In this document: positions 62,072 to 64,000 of the stretch, in pieces
Layout of the letters: every line of letters starts with the position of its first letter
Numbering within the stretch: the first letter of the stretch is position 1
Source of the DNA: Callorhinchus milii
Lineage: Eukaryota
Direction of reading: 5' to 3'
DNA: 64,000 nt
Assembly: GCF_018977255.1 (NCBI RefSeq)
Contig: NW_024704743.1
Span: 31,002,001-31,066,000, forward strand
Notes under the pieces: model-generated
What the model was told of the DNA's origin: nothing
The model's database searches: none
The model's input: only the letters and a program-made list of their open reading frames with translations
Made by a program: the position numbers and the translations under genes

Positions 62072-64000
62072 CTGTTAAAAGAGAAAGATTCATACTTATA
62101 CATCAATTAATAACTTGGAAGAATAAAGAGATCAAGCAGTTAAACAAGCTGAAACCAGGATTCGAACCAGCAACCTGTATGGCATAGCACTGTGGAAGGC
62201 TGTATGCCTTCACCCACTGGCATGACCAACTTACATGACTATTCTACGCGTACGAAATGCAGCCCACATGCAGGGACTGGTTCCAGTTTGGCGTGAAGCT
62301 AAGGTGAAGCTAAGACAGCAAAGAATAAAATGAACAAACATTTATACCGCAGCCTTCTCATTAAGTCTCTTGGAATTACAACATGAGTGGAAAATGGCCT
62401 AAAGTTAGAGCACCTATTTGTGAAGTCTTCGTTCACTCTTTCCTGACTGAAAGCATTCTCCATATGTTCGCAGTAAGCCCAGGGCCTCAGATTACTCCTA
62501 AGTGGTACGTAGAGGATGACTCCATTTGAAGACAACTGCAGTTTTTTCATTCGCCCAAAGACATGATGGCGACTGTAACATGCACTTCAAAAAGATTAAG
62601 TGCCATAAAAAATGTATCAAGAGGGAAGAGGCGAAACTTTGCCCATATTTGATGTCAATTGATGCCATTTGTATACAGTGAAGCAAACCTGAAGAAACAT
62701 CCATGAAATCAGAGCTAAAGGCTTCTCTCCAGAAAGGCAACTTGTATTAGGAACATACATGAAAACAGGGACAACCATACTGCAGATGTTAACCACTTTT
62801 ATTTCAAGACCTCAAAAGCAATACACAAACATTTCTGAAATAAGTGAGCACAGAGTAGGGAATCTTTTTTCATGCCAAACCTAATTTATCAGCTGTAAAT
62901 ATTATAATAAACAGGTTGAAATATAGATTGGGTTCATATTAAAATAATAGTGCAGAAACAGACCTTTAAAAAAAATGCAAAAAGAAGTTGCGCAACAACA
63001 AAATAAAATAATGTACAGACAGTTAAGCAGAGATGCGGATTCAAACTGGTGATCCATCCACTGAGTACACCAGGTGGTGCAGAAAGGAACTAAAACTTAC
63101 AAAATAACAAAGGTGTAGAAACAATGCCAAACTGATGTCAAAAGGATTGAAGCAACTTGACGGATGGCTTGTCACAGGTATGTGCTGATATATTCATTCG
63201 GCAAACAACTGACAATTCACATCAAAACCAGATGTGAAAAGATTCAGGTATTTTTGCAGGTTAGTTATAGTACCACAGCAGACTTGCACTGTCAGTGTGG
63301 CAGTGATATATCACTATAAAGCGATTGATTTAATTTTGAAGAACAGTTGTGCAGGCTCAGCTGGTTATTTTAAATTTGCACCACCTTATGTAAAAAGTGG
63401 AAACAATTTAATATGGCAGCTGTGTTAAATGCCCAATTCTTAACGGGTACCTCTACAGCTACAACGACTAAACTTACACCTTAAACAGCTTCACAGAGTT
63501 GATACCCTTCATACACGTATCAAAGTATTACGAGCCTCTGTGAAGACTGACCCCATCAGGAGTATTGCAACAGGGGTTTTAAAATCAATTTAAGTAGCTT
63601 CTCGCTGTGCAACTGACCCAGGCCAAAGTAAATCAATGGTTGGGTATTGCTCCCTCCCATTGCCCACTGCAAACCTGCTATGAGAGATGGAGGGTTGTGT
63701 GTCAGCCTGGCTCAGTGGTAGCACTCTCACCTCCAACAAAACACACCTTGCTGGCCAACAGCTGTCCAGTTTAATGTAAGGAAGAAATTAAATAAATAGC
63801 TTGTGACAATTATGGGTTTGAACACTTAAGCCTTCTTGTCTGTTGAATGGAATTAGATCTATCTCTGGAGGCAGCGCATAATGAAAAGCGTCCGATAACA
63901 CCAGCGGGAAAATTAGAATCCTACTGGACTTTGGATATCGAGTTATCCCATATAAAAGAGATCTGACTCCATAGCAAAAAAGAGTGATACTTCAGGGAGC
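62072..64000 (-). other. CDKAL1: 3' end of the upstream CDKAL1 intron
   Basis: Ends in the pyrimidine tract and AG before the 181-nt exon. Confidence 0.85.
63702..63733 (+). mobile_element. Isolated Deu-SINE head fragment
   Basis: cagcctggctcagtggtagcactctcacctc matches 43100-43130. Confidence 0.6.

Overview
This is eukaryotic vertebrate DNA, not a prokaryotic locus. The repeat content (Deu-domain and tRNA-derived SINEs with L2-type tails, plus CR1 and L2 LINEs) points to a cartilaginous fish, probably a chimaera or elephant shark; this assignment is an inference. The whole window lies inside CDKAL1 (tRNA-Lys(UUU) ms2t6A37 methylthiotransferase) on the minus strand. Two coding exons are present: 62071-61891 (181 nt) and 37598-37536 (63 nt), both with canonical AG/GT sites, joined in frame across a 24,292-nt intron. 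I could not find the next exon in 1-37535. The rest is intron. It holds L2 fragments (one keeps its 5' end and endonuclease but lacks the RT core), CR1 fragments, several modular SINE lineages, a pogo/Tigger-like MITE, two older dispersed families (one apparently LF-SINE-related), several hairpins and repeat-poor stretches that may be enhancers. Apart from the two exon-containing ORFs, the track shows only transposon debris or chance ORFs. I found no CRISPR array, operon or new protein-coding system. The best leads are non-coding: the LF-SINE-like family, covarying SINE/L2 3' stem-loops, a 71-bp inverted duplication spanning a repeat junction, and the MAAI-stop start of the L2 ORF. Repeat boundaries were estimated by eye (about 10-30 nt error, more for old copies), and comparisons with published consensus sequences are from memory.
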